Part shown: positions 25,699 through 38,080 of the stretch, one piece after another | Position numbering within the stretch: position 1 is the stretch's first letter | Layout: each line of letters begins with the position of its first letter | Source: Lama guanicoe | Lineage: Eukaryota | Assembly (NCBI GenBank): GCA_013239625.1 | Contig: MU054212.1 | Coordinates: 4,136,650-4,198,649 of the forward strand | Direction: 5' to 3' | Length of the DNA: 62,000 nucleotides | Translations under genes and position numbers: made by a program | The notes under the pieces: generated by a model | What the model was told of the DNA's origin: nothing | The model's database searches: none | Seen by the model: the letters and a program-made list of their open reading frames with translations, nothing else

Positions 25699-26190
25699 TG
25701 TATCAGATAGCTAATACCACAATAATGCTGGGTAACAACCACACGTCAGTTATACACACAACAAATGTTTACTTGGCTTGTGAGTCTGAGGGATTTAGCT
25801 GATCCTGGGCTGGGCTGACTTACTTGTCTGCAGTCAGCTGTGGGCCATCTGGACAGCTCTGCTCATCCTGACTGGGCTAGCTCATGTGTCTGGAGGGTGG
25901 CTGGCTGCTGACAGCTCTAGATAGTCTCATATGGAATGACTACAGCAACTCTCATGATCCTAGCCTTGGAATGGTCTCAAGGAAATCTTAGAGCAGCAAG
26001 GAGCAGAAAAGCGAAGTCATGCCAGCACTTTTCAACCTTCTGCTTGTGTTACATTTGCTAAGATATGTTGGCCAAACCAAATCACATGGCTAGACTCAGC
26101 ATCAGAATAGGATGGCCCTCCAAAGTTTATGGTGAAGATCATGGGTACATGGAAGGGTGAAAATTGCATTATTTTTTGCAAACTACCACA
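25699..26190 (-). mobile_element. MaLR LTR (MLT1H-like)
   Basis: 'tgtatcag...aataatgctgggtaacaacc' ... 'ttggccaaaccaaatcacatggc' ... 'tgcaaactaccaca', with TG/CA termini. Confidence 0.85.
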
Positions 26191-27499
26191 AAGGTCTAGG
26201 AAATTTTTAACAGAAACAGAAAAGGAACCCAGTATCTTCTGAGGCTCTCTCCTCAAGCAATTTACACTCTTAAAAAGAAAAGTAACATTTTCTTTGCTTT
26301 ATTTTCCACCTTTAACATAATCTATTGCCTAGTACCTCCAAGCTCTAGGAGTCACATTTACTGAACAGTAAACATGTGATCTCTGGTGACATAAATATAT
26401 GCATATTCTTAATTATGAACCATAAAGTACACATCAAATTTGAGTAGTGCCAAAGCAATGCTGCCTGAATTTATAATTCTCTTTCAAATAGAGTGTTGGC
26501 CCAACTCACCTAGCATCTAGTGGTTTCATGGTTTAGAAGTTTGTTTTTTGGAATTTGGTGCAGCTGTTCTCTCTGAGCGATGGTCCATGGGGAGAGGTGG
26601 ATAAACACACAAAGCTTCTGAAAGCCATCCCAGATCCCTCAGAGTCAGTCCTCAGCTTAATGTCTGGGTCAAGGTATGACAAAGTTAGTCTTGGTAATTA
26701 TTCATGAGTTTTCAGAGACTCATTATCAACATTCCCAACCTGGTTTTGGTCCAGTGGAACTTTATGAGGCTAAATTCTAAGCAGCATTAAAATATATGAG
26801 AATAAAAGGCTCAGCTTGGAGAACTGATGCTTGCAACCGGTGGTACATAAGGTTTTTGTAGGAGTATTTAAAGGTGTTCTGTTTCTTTGATTTACCAAAC
26901 ACGAAGGCATTCAGAATCACACGGTCTTTTCCCTTAATTCACGGGAACTTAATAGTAAGGCCAGCACACACACAGGTGAAGTGCTCTGAAGTTATATGAA
27001 ATATCCAGCCTTGCTGTGCAAATCACTGACACAAATCATTAGTTCTAAAAACGTTTATTTCCCCACGACAATACCATGGATTATATTCTCATTTGTCACA
27101 CCTGTTCTCTGTATCCTCATTTCTACTTCTTTTTTCCTCTGTCATTCTTTTATGTCACTTGAGTGATACTCTTCCAGTGGGCATTGTATCAGTATCTGAA
27201 AGGGGTTCTAAGCTCCAGGTATAAGAGGGGGGCTGGGGGGAAGGGGAGAGCAAGGCATCTTGGGAAGGAGCATTCACCTTTCCCTTCCCATGCATAGTCA
27301 CTCTTTCCGCCTGTGCCCTTACAGTCCTCTCATCACTGTGGATCTCAATGATATTAAGAAAAAAGTGACTTGGGTTTCAATTTTTTTTTACCATGTCATT
27401 TTCTCTTGTATCCATATTTTAGTTCACCATTAACATTTTTTAGACCAGATTTATTAGAGCTAGAACTGGAGCCCCAGTCTACTTTGGAGGAAGAAGCCA

Positions 27500-27760
27500 C
27501 AGAAGTTAGTGATGGATCTTAAATGAGGAGTCGTGAGGGAAAAAGAGGACTCAAATACGCCTCTTCACTTTCTAAAATAGACAAAGGGAGGGACAGAAAT
27601 ATCAGTTACTGAGATTAGAAAAGACACAGGAGGGGTGGATTTTGGAGAGAATAGCCAATGTCCAGTTTAAGATATGCGGACTTGCAATGATTTAGAATGG
27701 AAATGTCAAAAAGGGAGATTGAGTACTCAGGTCTGGAGTGCAGACATGAGTTCAGACCAC
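27500..27760 (-). mobile_element. L2 fragment
   Basis: 'gtgagggaaaaagaggactcaa...ttactgagattagaaaagacacaggagg...tccagtttaagatatg...ggtctggag' matches antisense L2. Confidence 0.7.
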
Positions 27761-27899
27761 TGTGTACCAAAATGAAAGGACAATTTTTTAAAAAACATTC
27801 CTCTCCTCTGTATGATAGAATTATTTTCAGTAATAATTCTGATATAAAACAGATAAGAAAATAACCAGAAAAAGACAGAGAAACTTTTTTATTGAGTAT

Positions 27900-28480
27900 T
27901 TGTATATAATAAAAATAAAGTTCTAGTACACAAAAATAAAAAGTAATGGAACAATACTTTTTAATTACATCAAAATGTCTTTAACAAGTGGAATAAATTA
28001 CACCTACCTATTGTTTTGTAACCATATGGGTAGTGACATTACAGTTTCTGTTTCTGAAACTTCTATAGATTTATCAAAGGTCTTATGAAAATATATATCT
28101 TTATTATATATTTTTCACTCAATAACTAGGGCAACAAAATTTGTCAATGTATCTTCCTCCCTACATAACTGAAGAATTCTTTTTATTCATTTGAATTTCA
28201 CAAAGTTTCTCTCACATGAAGGAAAATATATGCAAAGAGAACTTCAATGATAAGTTTGGGGTTGATTCATAAAAATTTCACTTCATAATAAATTCCAGAA
28301 ATTATAATACTGTTCATGTCTGTTTCTTCAGGATTGATGCTAGTGGTTTAAAATATTTCTGCAGTTGAAAACCTGCAAGCCTGAATTAAAACGTCAAATG
28401 GTCACATAGAATGACAGAACTGAAATGACACAAGTTCTGTTTCTTCATTCTTATAATTACAGTGGTTATCAGTGGTTATT
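27900..28480 (-). mobile_element. hAT (Tip100/Zaphod-like) transposase C-terminal fossil
   Basis: Minus-strand translation from ~28222 gives PSCERNFVKFK*IKRILQLCREEDTLTNFVALVIE*, a decayed hAT dimerisation-domain motif (SCERxFSKLKLIK...RL..LA...IE). Ends near 'QKL*' at ~28039. Confidence 0.7.
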
Positions 28481-29094
28481 TGGAATCTACTATAAAAAAC
28501 CAGGAGTATGTTGTGCTGTTGGATTTGGAGAGTGTATGTGAATCAAGCTCAAACTAATTTTAACCTTTGTGGAATTAATCTTGAAACCAATATGTGTAGG
28601 TGACTCCAGGTAAATCAGAAGCTGACAGTATAACTAAGAGTTTCCCCAGTTAATTTCCACTAGAATATATTGTTCATTAAAGGGTATGAAATTGAAATGT
28701 ACTAGTGTGAAGCTTACATATATATTACTGAAATTCAACAATAATCATTGCAATTGTTTAGAACTTAATCCATCAAGTTTTTTTCCCCCAGAGAGGAGTA
28801 TTTAATCACTGATAATTGTTTAAAATTCATAGCAAATGGTGATAAAGAGCAGACTGACTATTAGTCTGTTTTGTTATAATTTTGAATTATTACAGGCAAA
28901 GCATCTCTCTATTGTCTACATTGCAGACAGATTCTCTGCTGCCACAGAGAATTTGGTTTGGTTTGACAAATTTGGTTTGTCACTGATTGCTGATACAAAT
29001 TTAGGAGTTAATAAACTGTAGACACCATTTAACTCACAGGCATGATAGTAATTTTTCAAGAGGAAGTTTTTAGAACAAAAGAAGCCTGGGATGG

Positions 29095-29400
29095 AATCAC
29101 GATGATCTCAAAGTTTAGTAGCAAGAAGATGACAAGGAAAGAGTGACTGGACAAATTAAAGAAATACCAAAAAGAGAGTGTTATCACTGAAACCAAGAAA
29201 ATAGAATATTTCAAGAAGGGAGAAGTGGTCATTTCTGTGAGATGCAGCTGGAAAATCAGATGGAGGACTGTGGATGAAGTAACCATGAATTTGCAATGTG
29301 CGAGCAATTGATGACCTTAGGAAAAGCAGTTTCATTAGAATATTGGAATTAAAAATGGGTTGAAATGCAAACAAATTGTGGGCTCTGATTGGATACCTAG
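29095..29400 (-). mobile_element. L2 fragment
   Basis: 'gagagtgttatcactgaaaccaag...tttcaagaagggagaagtggtca...ttgatgaccttaggaaaagcagtttca'. Confidence 0.75.
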
Positions 29401-29454
29401 AATTCCCACTGAATGAGCCAAATGGAAAATGGTGAAAACAGATAACTCTTGTTC

Positions 29455-30670
29455 ACTTAATAAGATGGTCACGCAGAATATCAACATACAAAACTCCACA
29501 GCTTTGTTGTGCAGCAATGCCGATTAGAAAATGTGATGAAAAAAATCTGTAACCAGCTGCCTAATACATAGATATAAACCAAGAAAGAAATACACAATAC
29601 TTGTATAAAGAGATATATAAAATTTAACTGAAGGACATAAAAGAAGACTAGAACAAATGGGGCAAAATATTATATTCGTGGATGTGAAAGCATAATGTCA
29701 TAAAGTTCTCAAGTCTCCTCAAATTAATCTGTGCGTTCAGAGCAACCCAACACCAGCTGCTTTCTAATAAAGTCGTCTGAAGTACATCTGGAATATAAAA
29801 TATGGAAAAGAGCCATTACATATTTGAAACAGTACAATCATGAGGGACACGCTCCTACGAGGTATCAACTTATACTGTAAGGGACTATAATAAAAATGGG
29901 TTTATTGGCACAGAAATAATAAAACTGACCAGTGGAACATAATAGAAGCTCTGGGAGGAGACTTATTATATCTGTGGAAATGTAATGTGTGGTTTAGTGA
30001 GTACTTCAAATCAGTGCAGAAAGGAAGGTGTTATCGGACACCCCTGGAGAGCTGCCTGACGTCCTCTTGGCTTCACCTTTGATTCCAGCCCAGTGCTGGC
30101 GCCCTGTTCTGCACAGGTTTTGACCTTCTTGCTGTCAGTTCCCCATCACAAGTGTGTGCTGAGTATCTCTTGCTTCCTGTCCTTGAGCTGCTCTGATAAT
30201 CCCACGTGAGTGTGCTCGACCCTGATCAATGCCGCGTGAAGAGGGATGGGAGCTAATGGGTGAAGGCGTCTCTCTTTTGAGATTCAGTTGAATGGTTGTG
30301 AGTCACATGCCACAAGGCACCTCTGAACGTCCCTCTCTGGGTGCCTAGTTCCCTGAAACTGTGGCACATTGGAGAACGCTTGCTTCGACTTTGAGTCCTT
30401 CTCTGTTGACCCTCATCCCTCACTGCTGCTCCTTGAGAAGACACTCTCAAAAAGGAGAGGACCTGTGGTCCAGACTCTGCTTTGGGGAAGAATCCAGACC
30501 GAGTCAGCTGAACTACGCATTAAATGGTGTTGAGAAACTGCATAATGGGAAAAAGAATAAAGGCGTATCTCTACACATAAACAAATCCCACAAAAGTTAA
30601 GAAGTTAAATGTAACGTTAAAACCAAGGAAAATATGAAAGTATTTAAAACACCACCAAAGTGGAGGCCCT
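29455..30670 (+). mobile_element. Old L1 (L1ME-like) ORF2 fragment, interrupted by an LTR
   Basis: 'atcaacatacaaaa', 'actgaaggacataaaagaagac...aacaaatgg', 'caaattaatct', 'gaccagtggaaca', 'aaatcagtg'; resumes after 30506 with 'taaatggtgttgagaaactg'. Confidence 0.8.
30029..30506 (+). mobile_element. ERVL-class solo LTR (LTR16-like) nested in L1
   Basis: TG...CA-bounded, GC-richer block ending 'cagactctgctttggggaagaatccagaccgagtca', the typical LTR16 U5 end. L1 is colinear on both sides. Confidence 0.7.
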
Positions 30671-31739
30671 TTCTTCCATTTCCACATTACCCTGTCATCT
30701 TGCAGCCTCTCTGTGTCAGTGTGGTTTCATTTGTTCTATTGTCCAGATATTTGTCAAAATATCCTTTTTGCTAAAGGGCCCTTGTCACAGATTTATTATC
30801 TTCTATTTATCTTCCTTGTATTGCGATTGGAATTGGAGTGGACAGTTGAAATAAATGCATGTATTTTGTCTGCCATCTGGACCCATAATATTTTCAATTT
30901 TGCATTAGTCATATCTTTTGTTAACAACATAGAGCTGTATTAAGAAGTCTAATTTGAGAGTCTCTTACAAGTAGAATTGTATCAAACTATGACTATTTCT
31001 CTTCACTAATTAAGCTATTCTCAGTTGTCCTGCTGCGACAAAAATGTCGCGGTATGTTGCACAGCCTTTATTACAGCATTTGAGGGCTGGTAGGTCCTAT
31101 GAGATCATTGAGTCCCCTGGATATCCAAGGTATTGCTTCCCTGAGAGTCTTTCCATTTTTAAAAATTTATGTGAGTTAGCATTCATGTGCTCGTAGGCTC
31201 GCTGTTCCTAACTCTCTACCAATACCGTTTAAAATTGCCTATTGGCAGGTTAAATTAAATAGTAAGTAGTAATTATTAAGTGGCTTGATATCCTTCAGTC
31301 AAATTTTATAAAGAATTTTTGAAAAATCAAGTAGACATGCAAAAACCACTGTATACGTTTGGCTGATGTATTCATTGCGTGAAATAGGTCCGTGCTAAGT
31401 AAGTATACTCAAGGCTTACCATTATGCGAGTGAGTGAATATGGTCTACATTTACCCAGATATCTGCTCAAGGGGATCATCTTTTAAACATTTTATATTCC
31501 TAATACGTAATCAAAACACTTCATTTAAAATTTGTCAACACTGAGGCCTTGAGAGCAAAAGATTTTTCCCAGATCTCACTTATAGACCCATTCCAAGGTA
31601 CTCATGTTCTAAATCAGAAAAAAAAATCATAAAATCAGAGCATTTTCTTTCTTTCTTTCTTTACCCGGATATAAATGATTTTGAGTGTAAAGTGAGTGGT
31701 ATCGAGTTAAATAAGGAAGGGCATAGAACGATTTAAGTT

Positions 31740-33090
31740 TTTTTAAATTTTAAAATACTTACAAAGTCAAAAGAAATTGCAAGGGTAGTACAGAAGGACC
31801 CCACCCTGGACTGTTAGTAGCCAGTTTTCTCCAGTGGCTTCTTCTTGTATAACACTAGTGCAATATCAAAGCCAGGAAATTGACATTAGTATATTGCATA
31901 GTCATAGTTCTGTGTCATTTTGTCACATGTGCAGATTTGTGTAACGGCCACTGCAGTCAAGAGACAGCACTGTTCCCTCACCACAGGGATCTCCTCCCTT
32001 CAGTTACTCTTTGCACTCATCCCCCTTCTCACCCCACCATCTTTCCTTAACCATCCCTAACCCCTGGCACCCCCTAATCTGCTCTCCATATCCAAAACTT
32101 TATCATTTTGAGAATATTATTCAAATGGAATCATACAAGATCTGACCTTTTGAGACTGGCTTTTTAAACTTAGCACTTAAGAGCCATCCAAGTTGTTGCA
32201 TGCATCAAAAGTTCTTTTTATTTATTTGTTAGTCCTTGGTGTGGTTCTATTTACCCCATGGTCTGGATGTACCACCGTGTGTTTGACCATTCCCCCATTC
32301 AAGGACATTTTGGTTGTTCCAGTTTTTAGCTATTGCCAATAGAGTTGCTATAAACAGTCATATACAGGTTTTGTGTGGATATAAGTTTTCATTTCTCTGG
32401 GATAAATGCCCAGGAGTGAGATTGCTGTGTTATATGGTGAGTGTATGTTTAGTTTTGTTTTTTTTTTAAGGACTTCTTAACTGTTTTACCTACTACATTC
32501 CTACAAGTGATATATGAGAATTTCAGTTTCTCAGAATCCTTGCCAATATTTGATATTGTCACTTTTTTTATTTTAGCTGTTCTGATGGGAGTGCAGTCAT
32601 ATCTCATTGTAGTTTATAGCTCATATTCACTTTGAATTTCCCTGTTGGCTGGAGATGTTGAACACTTTTTCATGTGCTCATCGTTCTATCCATAAATCCT
32701 GTTCTAGGAAATGTCTCTTTATATCTTTTATCCATTTTCTAATTGGATTATTATTATTTTTTATTGTTGAGTTTTGAGAGTACTTTAAAAATTTTAGATA
32801 TGAGTCCTTTGTTAGAAATGTGGTTTATAAATATTTTCTCCTAGTTTGTGGTGTGTTGCAAACTATACCTTCCACTCTTTTAACAGTCTTTTACAATGTA
32901 AGAATGTTTTAATTCATTAAAATACTACCAAGAGTGGAATTTTCTAGTGTTTTTTATGGAGCATGTGTTTGGTATAAAGTCTCAGAATTCTTCACCAGAT
33001 CTTAGGTCCTGAAAATTTTCTCCTATACTTTTCTTCTAAAAGTTTTATGTTTAGTATTAATATTTTAATATTAATTAAGTTAATAATAAT
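31740..33090 (-). mobile_element. L1MC/L1MB-type 3' end and ORF2 C-terminal region
   Basis: 'tagtgcaatatcaaagccaggaaattgacatt', 'aaatggaatcatac', 'ttttcatttctctgggataaatgcccaggagt', 'gatgttgaacactttttcatgtgc'. Confidence 0.9.
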
Positions 33091-33860
33091 ATGTGGTTGT
33101 TCAAGGTCTCCACTAGGTCTCTGCTGATATATCACACTGGTTGAGAGGTGCATGGGTCCTTGGCTTTGCTCCTCATGTAGCCTCCTGGGACACTGGAGGG
33201 GAGAGAGTGGCCTCATTACAGCTGGGTGGTTCTAAAAGGACAGACTCTCCGTTAGTTCTCTGACTCCACCCCAGCATGCAGGCAGCTCATTTCCATCAGG
33301 TTGGGGTACAAATCCAGGCTCCCCCTCGTGCTCTCCAGTGACACCATGGCTCTTCATCACCTCCCTGGGGATCAGAGTTCCAGCTCCTTGGCTTTTAGTG
33401 ACACCCCGCAGAGGAGTTATGGGTACTTCACTAGAATCTGGTAAAGTGGGAGCCTAGTCTAGTGGTGGGTGGAGTAGGGGCAGAGTTATTTCTGTGGTAT
33501 TTGGTTGGAATAGAGCCTTTTTTTCCTGAAGTTTTCAGTCATGGTAAGCTGTCTTTTTACTGGTCTTTTAAACAGAGAGCGCGAGCTTTCCTTGGGCTTT
33601 TTCTGTCTGTGCCTATTGGCGTTTCTGGTTGCCCGTTTCTCCGGCACCGAGTCTCGGATATCTGAGGCAAAAAGCAAACAGAAAAACTCACTGCTGCATC
33701 GTTCCTTGAATTCCCAGGTCCTTAGCTAGTCTGCCTTTTTCTTTTCATTTTTCAGAGTCTCCTGTATATTTTATAAGTAATGTCCAGGGATTTTAACTGT
33801 ACCGAGAAGGAAGCAGAAATCTTACGTGATATAATTGGATTATTAACAATCCAGAAAGTA
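33091..33860 (-). mobile_element. L1MC-type 5' end (5'UTR)
   Basis: Antisense L1MC 5'UTR blocks 'ccactaggtctctgctgata', 'ccaggctccc...tgacaccatgg', 'taatgtccagggattttaactgtac'. Same family as 55950-56600. Confidence 0.75.
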
Positions 33861-34017
33861 ACAGGAAGAAAGCTGTGATCCTCTTTGTCATTTAAAATAC
33901 GTGTTACTTCTCTGTGTTTGCTAATAGTGTTGCGCATATAATCACATGGAGAAGGAAAAACAAGTGAGCAGAAGCCAAACTAAAATATTCAATAACTTAA
34001 AAAAATTATTAATAGTC

Positions 34018-34642
34018 TGTGATAGGCATTGTTAATGGACTGAGCCAACGGGAATTCCCAACCTCTTCTTATGGGTTAGAAGCTAGATGCTCACTTCTAC
34101 ATCCTCTCCTATAGCTGCGTTCTGGCTCATGTGACCTAGTATTGATGGGAGCTTCTGGAAGGCTTTAGGTTTTCTTGATAATAGGGACCAGATGCAGCTA
34201 GTTTTACCTCTTTTCCTCTTTCTTTTTTTCTTTCTGATAGGGCGGGATGGCCGTAGCTGCCATCTTACAATTTTGGAAATGTCAAGAAATCGCAGAAATT
34301 CCATACCTCATATCAGTGATTGGCAAGCTTTTTCTTTAAAATTCCAGATTTTAAGTTTTGCAGGCTGTGCCATCTCTGTTACAGATACTCAGTTCTGCTG
34401 TCGTGCTGTAAAAGCCTTCATACACAATACATGAATGAATGGATATTGCTAAAATAGATGGTGAGACCAATTTGGCCAGTCGATATAGTTTGCCAATTCC
34501 TCCTTTATATCATTTAGCAACTGAACAAGCGTCAGAAACTTTGTTAGACTCCTTGTTGTTTGAGAAAAATAAAGGTGCATCTGGTTAACTCATTTAGTTG
34601 GAGTTTCTTACTTGTAGCTGAATATATTGCTTATCCAAAACC
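34018..34642 (+). mobile_element. MaLR LTR (MLT1K/L-like) interrupted by MER58
   Basis: 'tgtgataggcattgtt...catgtgacctag...gcttctggaagg...gctgccatctt' and U5 'tgagaaaaataaa...ttacttgtagctgaa'. Confidence 0.75.
34314..34502 (+). mobile_element. MER58A-like hAT MITE
   Basis: Ends 'cagtgattggcaagct' / 'tagtttgccaattcct'. 8-bp TSD cctcatat (34306-34313) / ctttatat (34503-34510). Confidence 0.85.
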
Positions 34643-35154
34643 CATATTCAGTGTCTCCAAATTTCTCACTGGTATTCTTGGGAAGGTAAGAAATGTTGAA
34701 ATCCATAACACAGAAAATTAATAGCGACTTTTCTAAAGAGTTGCACTAAACAAGGGATGGTCTACTCAGGCAGTTTCCACTTCAAAAAAATAAAAATAAA
34801 AAAAGCAGCAGCATCTCCCAGGAACACGATCAAAAAAGATTTTGTCCTTGTCTGTCCATCTAAGAAATTCATAAAACCAGACGACTGTTCTATAGCACGG
34901 ATACTTTTCCTGTGATGATCAGAGGAGTTTCCTGTCTCTGCTTTCTCCGTTCCAGAAACACACAGACACACAGTTCCATCCAGTGGAAAATTACAGCTTC
35001 CAGAAAGCAATGGGACAAGTGAAAGATGCTGGGGCTTTGCGGAGGAAGGCTTCTGTGTGTGTCCTCCATTCTAGGGATGGAGTGCTGTCCCTAAGGGTAT
35101 GGAGCTTTCATCAAAGACACCAACATTACCAAAACCCTGAGATGGAGCTTTTGC

Positions 35155-35860
35155 ATTGTCAGTTAGCAAACATATTTTTAAGAGTCTAATAATATTCAAT
35201 GTTAGTAAGCATATGTAAGATTGTCCCATTACTTCTAGAAGTATAGATTGGCATCATTAAAAAAATAATTTAGTATTATATATCAAATTGTAAAGGATTT
35301 ATATGCTCTAATCCATTTATTCTGCTTGTAGGAGACTTTCTCATGGAAATAACCACTATGCAAACAATGCTTTATGTAGAAAGAGTTCACTGCAACATGT
35401 TTTGATATTTAAAAAATTAGAAATAAGTATATATTCAACAATAGACAAGTGACTAAGTATAACGTATTCATGGAAAGGAACGTCTTGAAACCACTTAAAA
35501 ACTTTTTCAGTAGCAAAAGGGATGCTTTAACTATGATGTTAAATGGAAAAATCAGAACATAGACCTTCGGTAGGAAGCTGTTCCACTTTTACCTTGGACA
35601 TTTTTTGTGCTCTTCCTCTCACTTTGGATTTTATTCTATGGTGATTGCAGTCTCAAACTTGGTCTCTCTATATATCTGTTTCTCTCCATATTTTTCACAG
35701 ATACCCTTGTATCTATCTACATAGAAAAAGATAAGAAGAAGTTACAGCCATGTGTTAGCAGTGTTTTTGTTGCAATTACATATGATTTTCATAATTTTCC
35801 TTATAATTTTTGTTTTCTTAATTTCATGTAATGAGCAGACATCAGGAAATTACTTTTAAA
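35155..35860 (+). mobile_element. Old L1 (L1ME-like) 3' end
   Basis: 'ataatattcaatgttagtaag', 'gttcactgcaacatgttt...aaaaaattagaaataag...ttcaacaataga', then an AT-rich 3'UTR. Confidence 0.7.
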
Positions 35861-36539
35861 TTCAATGAGAATCATGGCTTAAAAGCAATTCTGCACATAT
35901 GACAAAATGTAGCTTGTTCGGCATTAACAAATATCCAGGCTGTTTTTGTCTCCTAGACAGCTAGACATTTTAATTCACAGAGAGCAAGTTCTTGATTTTG
36001 TACTCCGTTACCTTAGGACTTTTCTCTTAATTCACTATCCCTCTTCTCTCAGATTTTAAGGTCAGAGGGAGGGGAGTGAGAAAAGCTTCCCTTGATATAA
36101 CTTTCTCTCCATCAAGTTTCAAAAATATCCCAATATCATCCATTATAGATGCACTTTTTAGAATCTCACATACTGAAGTGTTGTGAGACCTCACACCTTT
36201 GCCCATTGCTCCCCACTCCCCACCCAATAAGTCCATGAATAGGTCCAGAGAATAGGAGTTAAAACCTAAATAAGTTTCAAATAATAAGATTTTAAAATCT
36301 TAGATCTGCCATCTTTGGAAATAATTCATTCATTCCTTTATAAATTAAAAATGTACTTTTTTTTCTGGCTAACTATTCATTTCTTTATATTGATGGTAGA
36401 GGATGAAATAAAGATGAAACAAATGGGTTCTCCTACCCCTGTGTAGCTTACAATCTGGAAGTACAGAAAAGTATTCTGAAGAGTAAACTGAATATACTTG
36501 GCCAATAAAACACATAGAAGAGGAATAATAAAAAGCTAT

Positions 36540-38080
36540 AAGACTCCTAACGCCATATGCAAAAACTAACTCAAAATAGATCAGAGATGTAAATGTAAGA
36601 CCTAAAACTATAAAACTCTTAGAGGGAGGCATACGGCAAGAGCTTCACAACATCACATTTAACCATGATTTCCTGAATAGGACACCAGAGCTATGGGTAA
36701 CAAAAGAAAAAAACAGACAAATTTGATGTCATAAAAATTTTAAAAATTATTCATCAGATGTATCAACAGAGTAAAAAGGCGACCCACAGAATGAGAGAAA
36801 TTATTTGCAAATCCTATATATGATAAAGAATTCATATTCAGAATATATAAAGAACTCTTAAAACTCAAAAAGAGCAACAAAAATGACCCAATTCAAAATA
36901 TGAGCAAAAGACTTGAATAGACGTTTCTCCAAAGAAGATATACATACTCTATAAGCACATGAAATGATGCTTAGCATCACTAATCACCAGGGAAATGTAA
37001 ATCAAAGCCACAATGAGATTACAGTTCATACCCATTAGGATGGGCTAGTAACAAAAAAGCAACAAAAAATAAAATAAAACCAGAAAATGACAAGTGCTGG
37101 TGAGGATGTGGAGAAATCGGAACCCTTGTGCACTACTGATGGGGATGAAAATAGTACAGCCACTGTGGAAAACAGTACAGGGGTTCTTCAAAAAATTAAA
37201 AATAGAATTACCGTATGATCCAGCAGTTCTACTTCCGAGTATATGCCCAAAGGAATTGAGAGCAGGGTCTCAAATAGATATCTGTACAACCATGTTTATA
37301 GCGGCATTATTTGCAATAGCTAAAAATTTTTTTCTTATGTAGTTTAATGCATTCTAATAGCAAATTTACAGGAACAGCACAGAAGACAGACAACATTAAA
37401 AACATATACTTAGATACAGGACAACTCAGAAAAGTATAGTGAATGGATGGAATCTACTGTATTTTTACTGTATCATATCTACTGTATGATAAAAATGCTA
37501 CAAACACCATTTAGTTGCCATTAACAAGAAATTTACTTGTTTTTTTTAAGTCCAAATGCTTTCATTGTCCAGAAAAATTTAACAGGTTTATTTATAATTG
37601 TTATAAAGTTGAATGGTTGAAACTTGTTCACTGGAGAAGGCCAAGTGTCCATCAGATGATGAATGGATAAACTCAATATCTTATATGCATAAAACAGAAT
37701 ATTATTCAGCCTTAAAAATGAAGGAAATTCTCTCACATGCTACAACATGAATGAATCTTGAAAACATGGCTGAGTGAACTAAGCCAGTGACAAAAAGAGA
37801 AATCGTATATGCCTCCACCTATATGAGGTACTTAAAGTAGTCAAAATCATAGAGAAAGTAGAATGGTGGTTGCCAGGGGCAGGGGGAGAGGGGAGTAGAA
37901 GATATTGTTGAAAAGATATAGAGTTTCAGTTTTACAAGATGAAAAGGGTTCTGGAGATGAATGGTGGTGATGGTTACACATTACAAATGTATTTAATACC
38001 ACTGAGCTGTGTGCTTAAAAATAGTTTTAAGGTGGTTGAATTTTATGTTATGTATATTTTACCACAATAAAAAAATAGAA
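36540..38080 (+). mobile_element. L1MB-type 3' portion (ORF2 end plus 3'UTR), interrupted at 37327-37633
   Basis: Clear L1 ORF2 remnant (ORF 37094..37342 ...KKLKIELPYDPAV...ICTTMFIAALFAIAK), L1MB 3'UTR 'gagtttcagttttacaagatgaaaa', ends 'accacaataaaaaaa'. Confidence 0.95.
37327..37633 (-). pseudogene. H3-3A: Processed retrocopy of the terminal 3'UTR of histone H3.3A mRNA
   Basis: Minus strand reads 'cagtgaacaagtttcaaccattcaactttataacaattataaataaacctgttaaatttttctggacaatg...gatt ccatccattcactatacttttc...aatgttgtctgtcttctgtgctgttcctgtaa', which I recognise from memory as the H3F3A 3'UTR. ATTAAA signal (37343-37348) and short poly(A) (T7 at 37327-37333). No coding sequence. Confidence 0.85.
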
